Shown: in pieces, positions 13,666 to 27,200 of the stretch
Position numbering within the stretch: the first letter of the stretch is position 1
How the letters are laid out: the number at the start of each line of letters is the position of its first letter
Assembly: GCF_037042905.1 (NCBI RefSeq)
Contig: NC_087258.1
Location: 27,838,001-27,902,000, forward strand
Length of the DNA: 64,000 bases
DNA from: Lytechinus pictus
Taxonomy: Eukaryota
Direction of reading: 5' to 3'
Notes under the pieces: generated by a model
Databases searched by the model: none
Seen by the model: the letters and a program-made list of their open reading frames with translations, nothing else
Told to the model about the DNA's origin: nothing
Position numbers and translations under genes: made by a program

Positions 13666-15502
13666 TAGTGAGGGATGGGCTGAGAGAATAAAATATTCTG
13701 AAGATGTTTAAGGGACTCTTCTGGGGTGTGACATCAAACACAAAGGTGATCGATGTGACAAATATTGGACTCTCTAATCGAGAGAGAAAGTCGAAGGCTA
13801 TTTTGGACGATTGAGTCGGGCTGGTTTAGCATCTGGGATAGAATATCAATGAATGTGCAATGGAAGACCACAATATGTTGCCCCCACAAATACGTTTCGC
13901 TAGCAAAATGTTTTGACTTTCTGGATCCGATTTCAGCCAAATTTAAGATTGGCAAAAGGTAGAAGATGTAATATTTTACTGTGATGATGAAATTCAAATA
14001 AAATAAAATAAATAAAAACCTTTAAAGACAGCCCTTAAATTGATATTTATTATTTACTAATACTACAAATTATGTCCCTCCTTCATTACATATGCTGATG
14101 AGACTAATTTTCAAACATTTGTCAATACATGCTTGGTAAAGAAACATTTATAAATGCATCAATATCATATTTGTCATGATAGAAACAAAAAGAAATGCGG
14201 TAAATAAAGTGAGATACGAAAGTGTTGAGCTTATTTGTGCTAAAGTAAGTTAATGATGGCTGCTAAAGGAATAAATAAGAAATACTCATATTTTTACCAA
14301 ATATTTAGTAATAAATTCAAAATAACATATATATCTCAAACATAATGTGTAAAAGCTTTAAGATTTGTTTCAGTGACAAGCAACAGTTGCACAACTATGA
14401 TGCAGATTTCTTGCAATCATGAGAAGTCAGGGGGAGGGGAGAAGTTCTTAAATCCTTCATCAGACACTACTGAAAACACATCGATTGCAATTTTTCATAC
14501 TTCATTACCCAAAGAGCTAATTAGTGTAAAGAGAGAGTCACAAAAAGGCAGAGGGAATCAATCTTGATCATGTTGATATCTCTATATAGCTCCTTATCTC
14601 TTTATTAAGTAAAGACAACCGAAAGAGGGGGAGGCAGTGAAAGTTAGGTACAACATCTCACCGGTGTTTTGTCAATATTGAAACATTTCTCTTCACTCTC
14701 TCTTTCATGGCTAGCCGCCTCCCGCCGACCTGACCAAATATTGCCACAATGGTAGAGAAGGAGACAATGGATGGATGTGAGCAATGGCTGGATGGACGGC
14801 GCGAAAAAGGGGCAGATGCGCAAACAGCGAACCAGTCAAAAACTGACCAACAGTAGTCTAGCAAAGGAATGCTTATTCTAAAGTGACCAAGAGTTAATAG
14901 TGTGTGATAGGATGGTTGAATATCAATGGAAATTCCCTTTCAAACTGTAGGTGAAATTAAACAAATAACTTAATGGAAGACCAGTTTGATTAAATCTTTT
15001 ATGCACAGTCATGTTTGATTTATGAGACTAAAAGTGTCCAGTAATTCCTTAATTCATGAGTAGGACTGTCACACTTTGAAGTCTGATATGGCTAAACTTT
15101 GTTTGCATGGAAATGTTATTTCATCTGCTGTTATAGCAATATTGACAATTTCTCGTAGATTAAAATGATTCAGATGATTGAGTGAGAGTTACAATGTAAT
15201 TCCTTCTTCAAAATTTATCATACCATTTTATTCCTGTAATGGTGTATTATGTTGAATATTGACATCTCTCATAAAATTAATACAGATGATAGATTTCTTT
15301 CACTTCCAAGGATAGTTTGTACTGAACACTAATAACAAATTCTTTTCTGTTAGCATTCCCAGTGACCAAGTCACAAATCTTGGTAGTTAATATCAAGGAC
15401 AATATCAATCTCTCTTTTTCCCATCCCTTTAAAAAAAAGTCTAAGCAAACATCGAGACCCTAAGGTGCCAGCAATAAGGCTCAGATGTCATCTCCTGTGC
15501 TT

Positions 15503-15516
15503 GTCACCATGGCAAC
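15503..15516. promoter_or_regulatory. RFX X-box motif
   Basis: GTCACCATGGCAAC matches GTNRCCATGGYAAC. Confidence 0.4.
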
Positions 15517-16138
15517 CCGAATCAGAGTCTGGGCCAGTTTGTCAATCTGATTCAATTAAGCCTTTGTAATTGACTGGGGTTTGTGGCCTACCATTAATCA
15601 AATTAACCAGAAGCCATATTGCATAACATTGTATAAAGGAGGGGCATAAGAAAGCCCTCTGGTATTGCAGTGCGTGAGTGTAATAGGGAGATTGACAATG
15701 GCATTGAGAGCTATAGAAAAGGGGATGAGCTGAGGCCACAGGTGCGCAATATTGCTCGTCTAATTCCATGCAATCATCAAGAATTGTCTTTACATTGCTT
15801 GAGAAAGGAGAAGGGGAAGGGTAAGTGTGCTATTTTGTGAGGTATTTGGGAAATTATATTAAGTTATACTGATAGAATATCAATAAGTATAAAGCCTCTG
15901 TTTACTCATATCCATTGAGAAAGACATGTGATACTAATGCAAACTTTATAGAAATATTGCTCCAGCTTCTCTCTGTATCTATATATCAATACAATCAGGT
16001 TAATATAATACCCCAACCTAATAAAATACTCATCTTCCCATTCATATTATTCAAATTAAAAATGCCTCCAATTTTCTTTTATCTATACATGGGTCATATC
16101 AATGATCATAGCAGAACATATATAGGCCTATATACTAA

Positions 16139-16538
16139 TACCCCTTTCATAAACCCAATAAAACCTATCCTCCAATTAGCCGCCTAAGAGTAATGCGGAT
16201 GATTCAATAAAACTTGCGTTCACAAACTCCGAAAATTATCCGCATTATTTTTACGAGCGCCCGTCCTGAAAAAGGCGGATAATCGTCATGACAACTGGAC
16301 ACGCCCCCTCCGATGCGGTTGTGTTGGAAAAGGGTGACCTTGTGACCGCACCATGGCAATTATCCGCATTATTTGAAAATACGTTCATAAACTCAAAATC
16401 TTGTCCCGATGCCGCTATTATGCGGATAATAGCAGCATCAGAATAATGCGAATAACTCTTGTCCTCCTCTGATTTTACGACCAAATTATGCTGCTATTAG
16501 CCGCATAATTGGGTTTTATTGGGTTTATGAAAGGGGTA
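16139..16538. mobile_element. 400-bp MITE with TAA target-site duplication (PIF/Harbinger-like)
   Basis: Perfect ~27-bp TIRs TACCCCTTTCATAAACCCAATAAAACC / GGTTTTATTGGGTTTATGAAAGGGGTA; TAA at 16136-16138 and 16539-16541; CpG-rich interior. Confidence 0.88.
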
Positions 16539-17155
16539 TAAATCTTATTCATTCACTCACTGAATCATTCATCGACTCTCATAATATCGCCATCCCACCT
16601 TACTTCATTACAATCCTGCCAACACTGCCCCAGCATCACCCCAACGATTCATACCCCCCCCCTTCTATGCTTCCACCTCATCACCCCTCCCCCTTTCCTA
16701 CCAAACTTGATCACACTTTCAACTCCACACTCCAACATCCACCCACATCCTCCACCCCCCCCCCCTCGCCCTCTTTACTACAAAACATTATTACATCTCC
16801 ATAGCATGGCGGCATCTACTTTCAACGTTGATGCATTTAGCGTTACCCATCCATCACGCATAATGGCCATCGTCAACATCACCTACAGTGTCGGTATAAT
16901 TATACAGAAAACGCTCTCATGGCCCACTTCTACTTTCCCCATGTAAGATTAGATTAAACCTCCATTGTTTTAGAATGCTTATTATAATCTGTTATTTCAT
17001 TTTCTGCAGATTTGAGGCATAAATTTTGATAAATATAATTTTTGGAGGGATGTGTGAGGATGCATTGCTCATGAGCTAAACAATTAAACTCTCACCCCCT
17101 CCCTGTTCTTGTATTTTTCATCATTATAATTAACACTGCTACCACTACAGCTATT

Positions 17156-17322
17156 CATCATCAACATTACAGTCATCACTGATATTATCACCATCAACAT
17201 CATCATAATCATCATTACCACCATCACCATCAACATCATCATAATCATCATTACCACCATCATCATCAATATCACCACCACCACTATCCATTCACATAAT
17301 CATCACCATGATCATAATAATC
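17156..17322. repeat. Degenerate (CAT/CAC)n microsatellite containing an exact 36-bp tandem duplication
   Basis: atcaccatcaacatcatcataatcatcattaccacc occurs at 17187-17222 and 17223-17258. Confidence 0.85.
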
Positions 17323-18514
17323 ACTCACCCATAGTCTACCTGGATGACATATTTAGAGGAAAGCTAATTGTTTAATCATCACTTACCTGAATTAGAGTAT
17401 AAGATGAGACAATGACATCAAACAAGTAGCATCGAGATGGATTTTGAAAAGAAAAGAGAGAAAAAAGACACATATTATTGTATGCTATCAACTCACGCGA
17501 AGAAATCAAATTAAAAAATATGAAGAATCAGAAGTCTCATTTAAAAAATAATTAAATTCTTTCATTTAGTAAACTGAAATGATCTTGATATTACTATTCT
17601 ATAGCCATATAATATAAAGCACTTGACCAGGCTGTACATATTCATCTACTGGAATTGAATAAGAGTTTTTTTTTCATAAAGCGCACATTTTCACCTTCAA
17701 ACCGACATTTCAAAATACGTTTGCATAGTTCTAGTTTATATCTGTTGGGGGTAATATGGATGTGGTTATGGGAAAGGCAGACAAGCCATATTGTCACTAA
17801 ATTCCCAAAACTGGTGAGAAAATAAAATGTCTCCTTCCACTCCATCTCTCTCTCTAACCGTGAAAACAAAAGAGGGGAGAAAGATGATCCCTGTGGACCA
17901 CCACAGCTGCAGAGTATATCAGTGCCCCATCCATGACCTGTTTATCCCTGCACCCCCCCTCCCTTCCAATTCTCCTCAAGCATGCATTAACCTATTCAAA
18001 ATTGTGCCTGTTTGTAAGTCAGGCTTCTCTGCAAAAGCGATAATAGTTCAACATCGCTAGCAAAGTGTAAAGTGATATTATACCCCCATGCATTACGATA
18101 TCATACACATATGGTTTTCATAGCTTATGACCCTGAAAGTGAAGCATTCACAATACATATCCTTGATGGCCTATATTCCCCTTATTGGGTGGGTACTTTT
18201 AGCAATTTCAGCAGTATCATGTCAAAATAATCATGCATGAACAGATGGATAACTAAATGTCTCAATTGATATCTAATATAAGAAAAACTTTTCAATCCTC
18301 CCCTACATAAGTAACTATCAAAATTGGAGCATAAACATTTTCCAAGGGGAACAATTTTATTCAAGGTCACAATGGTTGATGTCATTCAAACTTCAAGCTC
18401 AGAAAAATATACACTTAAATACAATAGAGAAACTCAAGATTAAACAAATAAATTATGAAATCATTCATCAACTACTTTTGAAATTTAGGAAGTTATCGTC
18501 AGCTGTTTTTCAAT

Positions 18515-18597
18515 ATCTCTCTCTCTCTCTCTGTCTATCTCTCTCTCTATCTCTATATATATAATCTCTCTCTCTAATCTATCTCAATCTCTCTCAT
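18515..18597. repeat. (CT)n / (CTAT)n simple repeat
   Basis: tctctctctctctctctgtctatctctctctctatctctata... Confidence 0.8.
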
Positions 18598-21042
18598 CTA
18601 ACAATATCTTGTTTCCAATCTTCCATTTCTTCTTTTCATCCTGTCTATCTATCCATCCCTTCAGCCTATCCACCTATCTCTCCCCACCTGTTCCTTCCGT
18701 AGCAGTGGAATATGCATGAGCCGAGAGAAACGAAAAGAATGCCATGACCAGGATATCATTCCCTCTGACGTCAGAATTACAAATCAACACAATCGCATCC
18801 TTATGCATCACCATTAACCCAACGACCACCGTGTATTACTATCCCTATAGGTTTAATACAGGAATCACCAGAATCAGTACGACTATAATACAGAATAGGT
18901 TAAAAGCCAAGCATACACATTTTCATATCTGCTTTGACGCAAATGCCATCGTCACAAGAGCAAATTGTACCATAAAATATTCTAATATTCTGCTAAGTGT
19001 TCTTGATAGGGGAAAGAGGGGGATTCACATTATTCCCTGATAGTAAACATCTGAAGTTTTATTTTATTTTCAAGTGCAAAAGCTTTTACTTGGATTTGAA
19101 AAAAATATTTGATTTAGTTTTTAAAGCTTAGTATCCACTTAATCTAATGATAGGTAAAGATTCTTTGACAGATAAAGCAGATTAGAATAAAATATCAAAT
19201 TGTAATATGTCTCAGAAGGTGCAGGTCTATGTAATTCATCTGGTGCAAATTTGCAACTTGGGCATGTTAAGAGATAAAGACTTTGTAGAAAGCATGAAAG
19301 GAATCATTGAGAATTAGGGAAAGAAGAAAAGACAAGAGCAATTTGGTCTTCATCATCCAGTCAGCAAGCTCAAACCAAGGAGTTGCTAAAACATAGAAGC
19401 AAATGCAGTTGAATGAATATGAACAGGAATGAATATGAACAGACAGCAAAGGTCAGTTTCATGTACAACAGATCTCAATTCTATAAAACATCCTTCGTGA
19501 TAATGAAATAAAATGCTTTTCTTCCTTACCCAGGCTACAAAGATAACATTGGATGGAGAAGAGACAATTCAAAGTACATTTAGTGAGTTAAGACAACAAG
19601 TGTTCTCTTGGTATTACTAGCTGATGGTGCATCCTTCTGGTTTTCGCCCACCACATGTCGGTCGAACAATCTACAAAATCAATTCCACAATTGGCTCTCG
19701 CCTACCATGGGCAGATGATCAAAACAATGACAATTCTTAAATCAACACCAACCAACCAGGGTTCTTCATTACAGGACAAAATAGAGAGAACATTATTAGG
19801 AATATTATGGCCCTCTTCTGACTACTAAAATAAATTGTGGCAAAGAGAATCTTAATGCTTTATGATAATTTATTAAAATAGCTGAACATTGCATGAGGAA
19901 AAGTCCTGTTAATGAGAGGTTCAATGCAAACTAAATATTTATCAAGCGATATTCCTTCAGACAACAAAGTTCAACCAAAATTTTTTTTTCTGTGGTGTGA
20001 ATAGGTCTTCTTGACAAAGGGGTAGCTGCAATATTGCTAGTAATTGAATACCCCAACCATTGTTGTTCTACAGCGTAATAGGCTGAAAAAGCAACAATAA
20101 TTTAGTGGTCTAGGTCACGGGCCGCTCCATTGTGTCTGTTTTTCTATAGTCCAATTGAGGGCAATCTGGGGCTATGCTGACCTTCACGACACTGCATGAA
20201 GCCTAAGCTCAAGCAATACCCATCTTCACTCAAGGTTTTCGGAGCATGTTAGCTTCTTGAATTGACAGGATATCGTAATAAACCTGTATTTTACGCCTCC
20301 TGCGCTGTTTTATGCCACTTCGGTGCTGAGCTCCTTACGGATCGATACCTCGGATATAAGAATTTTCAAGCGTTCTTTGATTCTTTCACAAAAATTCCCT
20401 GTATGCACAACAACCAATGATATGAATTGTGAAAAGTAGAATAGCAAAGCTTTCTTTATGCTTGATTACTGACATTTTCAACAAACCTACCAGAGACTTG
20501 AAAATTATTATGAAAAACCACAAGGTTTTGAGAGGCTTTTAAAATCTATTAATTCAGATTTTTTAAATCTCCATATCTCTCAATATTTTACCAGCTGCAA
20601 AATCAGCTAAAGGTTGATGTGAATCATTAACCCAATCAAGACTGTTCCCAAACAAAGACAATAGGAATTATAGTGTGTTTGGTAAACACTGAGTTAATAT
20701 TCAAAATAAGATGTATGGCAGTCCCTCAAAATATTGCTTTACTTTTATCTACAATTATCTTTCCCCTGTACAAGTGTACAAAGAAAATTCAAAACAAATC
20801 TCCATCAGTGCAAACAAATAATATTTCAAAAGTCCAAGGCTATATTCTTGACAACCTAATTTATTAAACGATACAAATTTTGCGAAGAATAGTGCAAAGA
20901 CCAGGTGATTATTGAGCTCACCATAAAGTGACCATTTTATTTTTTCTGTTAAATACAAAATTATTGTTAACAAGCATACTCAATTAAAGTTCAGCAACGT
21001 TGAATGATGATTCAGGATTGGTTAACGCCTCTGGCAGCTTAA

Positions 21043-21436
21043 AGATAAATTCCAGTTTTGGTAACGATCTAAAAATGACTTTTTACAGAATCTAATATAA
21101 TGACCACCTAAGTGTCTGTTTGTATGAATAAAAAATATGTGCCAAAGGATTCTGGAAGAAATTGTGTAATTGCTGAGAAATAAGCAAAATAAGCGCGGAT
21201 TCGGTCACTTCCGTCGGGTCTTTATTTTAGCAATAATAATACACTGTCCCACGTGTGCCTATCTGTGTTGGTGATCTTCAGTGTGAACATTTTTCAGCGT
21301 AGATTTCAAGATTTCACAAAGTTCAGTTTATGTAACTGTACCAGATCTAGATCCTCGATGATACACTGACAATTAAGCCTTGTTTTACAGACTTTCTCAT
21401 GAAATCAGTGTTTACTGCAAATACTGGAATTTCTCT
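21043..21436. mobile_element. 394-bp non-autonomous Kolobok-like DNA transposon
   Basis: TTAA duplication (21039-21042, 21437-21440). AG...CT termini with imperfect TIRs AGATAAATTCCAGT-TTTG / CAAATACTGGAATTTCTCT. TTAA plus RR..YY termini fits Kolobok (piggyBac starts CC). Confidence 0.8.
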
Positions 21437-24061
21437 TTAATACAGCATGAGGACACTGTTAAGTGGGTGTTTCTAAAATGGTTGATTACTCTCCACTTGA
21501 GGGTATTAGAGCACACTCATTATGTAATCATACTCCAGGTAGCAGTATTGAAAGAGCAATGATGCTGTTATGATTGGCAATCAAGAACATTATTCCATTT
21601 TGAGATAATCTTTATCTTATTCACAATTTTTCAACCAGCATTTTACCCAATTTTATCATCCACTTCAGAAGTTTTTGGCAATTGTTATTAACATGATTTT
21701 AAAGAGTAAAATAGAAATCATACTGTAGGTTTCTAATAGTAACTTCTTTCATATTTTTCAAGAATTTTTAGACACAAAACAACCCTCCTAGATATTGGAA
21801 TTTTATTGATATTGTTTATTGAAATCTTCAAGTTATTCACTGGTATGAAAAAAAAACATCATTTTTGAAATCCTGGCAAGCATTCATGTGAAGACTTTAA
21901 CAAGCAAAAACATATCTTTATAGAGTGCTTTAAAAAATTAACCTCACAATATTATGTGATTTGTCTCCATTTAAGTTTCTCTATTTTCCACTTAAGTATA
22001 GCTTTGAACAACCAATTTCTTCTTATAACCCTCCCACTCAGACGAAACTTGATCCAGATCACAGGGATATATCCGGCCGATCGTTTTACCGGGGTAAAAA
22101 CCTCAGCCCACAACAGCGACACCCCCACACGACAGGGGGCACTTGAGTAGAAGCCCCTCATTTTGTAAGCACCTGTATGCAGGGTAGGCCCCCTGAGGAA
22201 TGAGCTTACCTGCTGCATCTATAACGAGGGATGCTGACGTCTGTCCGCCAAACGACCCATCATGCATTGCTAACAAGCTCAAAAGACAACAAGGGTTCTG
22301 GCTGATATCTCTGTTTATCTGTCCATGTTTTTCTAGCATTTTTCCTCAAGTCTTAAACTCACCTACGTCTTCTTTTTCTACCTCACTTTCTTTGTTGTTG
22401 AATATTCTATGATTCTCCAGTTGCCGACAAGCCATGTAACCCGAAACACGCATAAATTGGTATTTTACATCTTGATAGCTCGTCACAACGATGCAGTATG
22501 CAAAGCATTTAAGAGCTAAATATAAACACTCTTGGTGTAGTATTGGATAAACAAAATGTAAAAATTAATTATGCTTTAAACATTTTCCTCAGAGTGTAAA
22601 GAGGCAATAGAAATCTCAAGCAATAATCTTTGTATCTAAAAGAGGTCCCTCCGTCTCTTTTTATTTCAAATGAATAGAAATTCAACAAATGAATCAAAGA
22701 TTAAGTGGTACTGTAAGTCCATGGTAAACTATCTACAAAGAGTTATAATCAATTGATATTAAGCATATCTCTTTATTATACATACCCTGAAGTATTTCAG
22801 AAACAGTCCTTTTGTTTTCTCTGACACACCCCTTCCCCTCCTCTCAATCCCCTTCTCATCATCTTGATTTCTATTGCTTCTCTTTCTTCATTTAATTACA
22901 CCTTTCCATTTCTTCCCTCTTCCTGCTAACGTTTCTTCATATTGTCTTTCTCCTTTATGATACCTTACAATCTAAATCAAACCACATTCACACCAGTCTC
23001 TCTTTTCCCATCGATCTCTCTACCTGATCTACCTGCACCTCTCTGTCTCCATTTAACACCTTCATCGATGAGTCCCTCCTCTCCCCCATCCAGTCGGAGC
23101 ACCTCTGATGTATGCGGATGATAATTGCTCCTACTCTTTACATAGCTATCCCCGGGCACCCGCAGCATCACAAACAACACTATTTTGCCAGGGTTCAAGT
23201 ATGAGCGGGCCGTCCATGTTTGCTTGTTTATATCCTACCTTCAGCTTTATCCCTCTTTTTTTTTTCTTCACACGTCGCTCACATCCGAGGTGCTTGTCTT
23301 CTCGCCCGCCATTTCACCCATTTCAAAACTAGTTCACAAAGGTAGGTTTTTCATCGGAAAGGAAGGTGTTGATTCGTTTTACAAATTAACACTCCTTTCT
23401 TTCCAAGATACTAGTGGCCATTTCATTGCTTCATCATAAGACTTAGGGCATTGCTCCATCATAAGACCTAAGTGGCCCCGAATGGAGACTTCTATCTGAA
23501 TAATACTGGTTGGGAAAAATCATATACAGGTGTTATACAGCAAAAGACGACTATACAAGCACATACCACAAGAACCAGCCTCACAACCCACTCATCTTAA
23601 TCTACGTCTCCTAACCATGGTTACTAATGGAAACCATTTTGAGACAGATTAGAGTCAAGAAACAAGCAGAGAATGGTATAAAATTCAACCCAGTTCTTGA
23701 GCTGGCTTAATGGAAATGACAATTTGTGATAGGAGGAAAGATGGTGATGTATTCCCAAAATACCGGTATAAAATGAAAGAGGAGGATAGAGGAGTCATGT
23801 CGGCTATGAACTTGGGGTTGAATGGTTGTATTCTGGTTGTCATGGTGATGGGTAGAGAAGTCGGTGGGTTTTTACGAGTTACAGAGGATTTTATTCATAT
23901 GTTAATATTCACAAGCTTTATTAGTGTGCTTCATTCATTTTCAAGTGATATAGGAGATATCTTCTAACCCTTCTCTCGCTTACTCATTCTCACTCTCTCT
24001 CTTTCTCTCTTTCTGTCTCCCCCTGCTCCCTTTCTCAATCTTTCTGGCTTTCTCTATTTAT

Positions 24062-24242
24062 AGAAATAGTGCAAATGTGACATCATCAACGCTCTAATTT
24101 GCATATCGTCTCAGTTGTCCAGATACTTATTTTGTTTAATTAAGCAAACTATAAAATGTCAATTTTTGATGAATTTTCAATGTTGTGTAATTTAATTTTT
24201 CTATTTGCATTCATATCAACTTCTTGTCAGGCTGAACTTTAA
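24062..24242 (-). mobile_element. Degraded, one-ended Kolobok-like repeat fragment (related remnant ~24990-25180)
   Basis: Ends in ...CT-TTAA. Shares ATTTG(C)ATTCATATCAA with 25163-25178. Resembles, from memory, an abundant echinoid repeat; other end not seen. Confidence 0.35.
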
Positions 24243-27200
24243 CTTGCAGATTTTTAAGAATATTCTTTTACAAATTTGAAAAGCAAACTTTGATTTCTAA
24301 GCAATGAAATATAATAAATTGATTTTTCTCTTCGATTTCAAAACTTGTGATTCAAGCAATATCTTTTTGATTCATATGTTAAAATGTTTTTACTGTGTAT
24401 ACTGGCATTAATCTTTGAGTCTCTGTTGTCATTGACAACACTTGTCACACTTGACTGATAACAATCAATGAAATCTTTCTATTATCTGAGACCACGCTGC
24501 TACACGAACCTGAGCCAAAATATATCATTTACGTTATATCTTCCATTCCAGGTATTTTCTCCATGATTAAGGAGCAGCACGTCCAGAAATCACGACAGAA
24601 TTACCCTCGCACACATAAGACATGGCCCCTACAACACCATCCCTCACAAATTTCCCGCACTTTTCATGTCGTTTACATCATCATGCCTCAGCGCCTTCAC
24701 CAGAGAACAAACCAGGCACATCTATTTTGAAGGGGTAAGAGGGAGAGAGGGAGGGGGGGGGGAAGAAGAGAGAGGATGAGTAGAGTATGCATGCATGGCT
24801 AGTATCAGGGATGTGTATTGGAGATGAGTGTGTGGGAGGTGGGGTGGTTATTTAGAAATCATATTCATGAGCCATATAAAATATCAAAAACCACAAATAC
24901 AAACTGCCTATGGGCATGGTATATTGATACGGTTTGATATTATCACAGAATTGCTTTAAATATCACTAAACTGAGACAGATTTTAGATGAAGAAATGTGA
25001 ATAATATGAAATGACAATCAATCGGTATAATGCATACACTGGAAATAAAATAAATATGAATAGTGTCAGTGTTTGCTAATTCACTCATCAGGGAATAGGC
25101 ATATTTTCAAATCATTTCTTTATTTTCTCTCAAAAATTGTCTTTCTCAAAATAAATTCTCTCATTTGATTCATATCAAATAGATGGTAGCATGTTACAGA
25201 CCCCAAAAATACCTGCATTATTAGAATACGGCATATGGTACCCAAACAAATATTTTCATGAAATTTTGAAAACCACATCATCAAATGCTCTGTTCAATTC
25301 TGAGGCTGTGGTATTAATGGATATTAAATGAACATGAGTGACTTTCACGATACACTGCACACCTCTCAGGCAGTGAAACTATTGTAGCAATCAAAATGAA
25401 TTATGATTAAAGCATTTATTCTTGTTTCTTCACTTTGCATTGTGGGTACGGAGTCGTAGGAGAGGCTGTAAATTACCACAAATGAATGAAAGTAAATCTA
25501 GCGCACAAAAATCTAATCAGCCTCAAGGGTAGAGAGGAAAAAAATGAAGAAAGCAACAAAAATATAAATGCTTGAAAATGATAGGTATGATTTGGAGGAA
25601 GAGAAAATGACGACTGGGGAAAGAAAACATGTTGTATATAAACTCAATCAGCCAAAATGAATTATATTTTCTCTCTCCCCATACTTTCCCTTATTTGATA
25701 CCTCAATTTTTCTCTCTCTTTCTTTGTTCCCTCCTAATCTTTTTTCTCTCAAAGCCATAATCACTAATGGCCTGCTGATATCATATGAAATATCAAATAC
25801 TAATTCATTTTTTCCTCTGATCATGACTCTTGGGAATAAAAACCAAAAACAAAAAAACAAAGGAAACTTCCTCCATATTCGAAGTATAAGAATTGCAATG
25901 AATAAAATCTGATATATCATAGAAAGACAAAAAAAATCTTACAATATTTCCATACCTTTCGTTTCTTAAATCTGTCTTTTTCTAAAGACACTCAGATTTG
26001 ACATTAACGTTTCTAAGGAGACAAACTTTCAATTCTAAAAGTAAAATAAAATTACTTGTGACACTGAGTTTCAAATTTTTTCCTCAATTTGATACATCGA
26101 TATCAGTTGAACTAGGCCCTATAAAATGTTGCATGTTATTACCGTTATTACCATTATCAATAAAAAAAGAAAATTTCCTCTGAAAAGTAATGTTGAGGTA
26201 TAGGTTACTGAAAAAAATATCAATAGATTTGTTTGAACTGTTCATGAGAAAAAAAATACAGAAGAGATAAAAAAGAAGTGTATGAGTTGGTTTTGCAATT
26301 CTGTTTTTCTCTCTCCAATAATCAGACTTGATGAACATGGCTGCAGTACAGGCTACACCGATGGACAATCTTTTAATCTCTGGGATGCTACGGAAAAGGG
26401 TATTGAAAGCACTTAAATTAGATGATACATAGAGAAGTGAGGAGGAACACTTTCTGTTGAAGCTTTAATAAAAGAAAGTGATACAGAGAGAGCAAATAGC
26501 TGAAATAAATAGGAGGAATAACGTGAAGGGCATGGCAGTCTCAGCATGGTTATTAAATAAACGCATCATTGGAGAAGGAAGGGAAGAGAAAGCAGCAACA
26601 CGATGGAAAGAATTTTGTAAAAAGCCTTGGCGAGGGTGATGTTTAATCAGCTGGGCGCGCTCTTACACCACTGGTTGACGTCTTCTTTCTTGGGTTGCCT
26701 TCTGCTTATAGGAAAGGAATTTCCAAGATGAAGTGAGGGATTCGGGAGTCAGATGGGGAATGGTACACAGATGTATGAAGATGAACACTCTTTAGTTTCT
26801 GTAAGATGGAGAAAAGGGTGACTTTAAGATGGCTAAAGAGAATAGAAATGAGTTAAAAAGATTCATTGGTTAACTGAATGAATAATGAAAGGCATCAATC
26901 TACACTGGCTACCCCATACCCAGGAGTGAAATGGGTGACCTTGAGGCTAGCCCATACAGCTATACAGAAAGTGACACTTGACTTGTCAAACAACAGTATG
27001 GCAAGCTCACAGGGCTCAATCTCTTTTACTCACATTTAAATTTACCTAGACAAATATAGCTACAGATAGCATCTCAGTTATCATGTCTTTTATTACAAAA
27101 AAATATATATTGCTTTGATTCTTGAAACAATTATTCCTAAGCTGGTTTTAAAACGCACTCAATACAATATAGACCAGTGTATTATCATATCACCTCATTA

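Noticed and set aside
23424-23473. 25-bp direct repeat pair (also a 10-bp pair at ~60650)
   Set aside because: Simple local tandem duplications without spacers; not CRISPR-like, and the context is eukaryotic.
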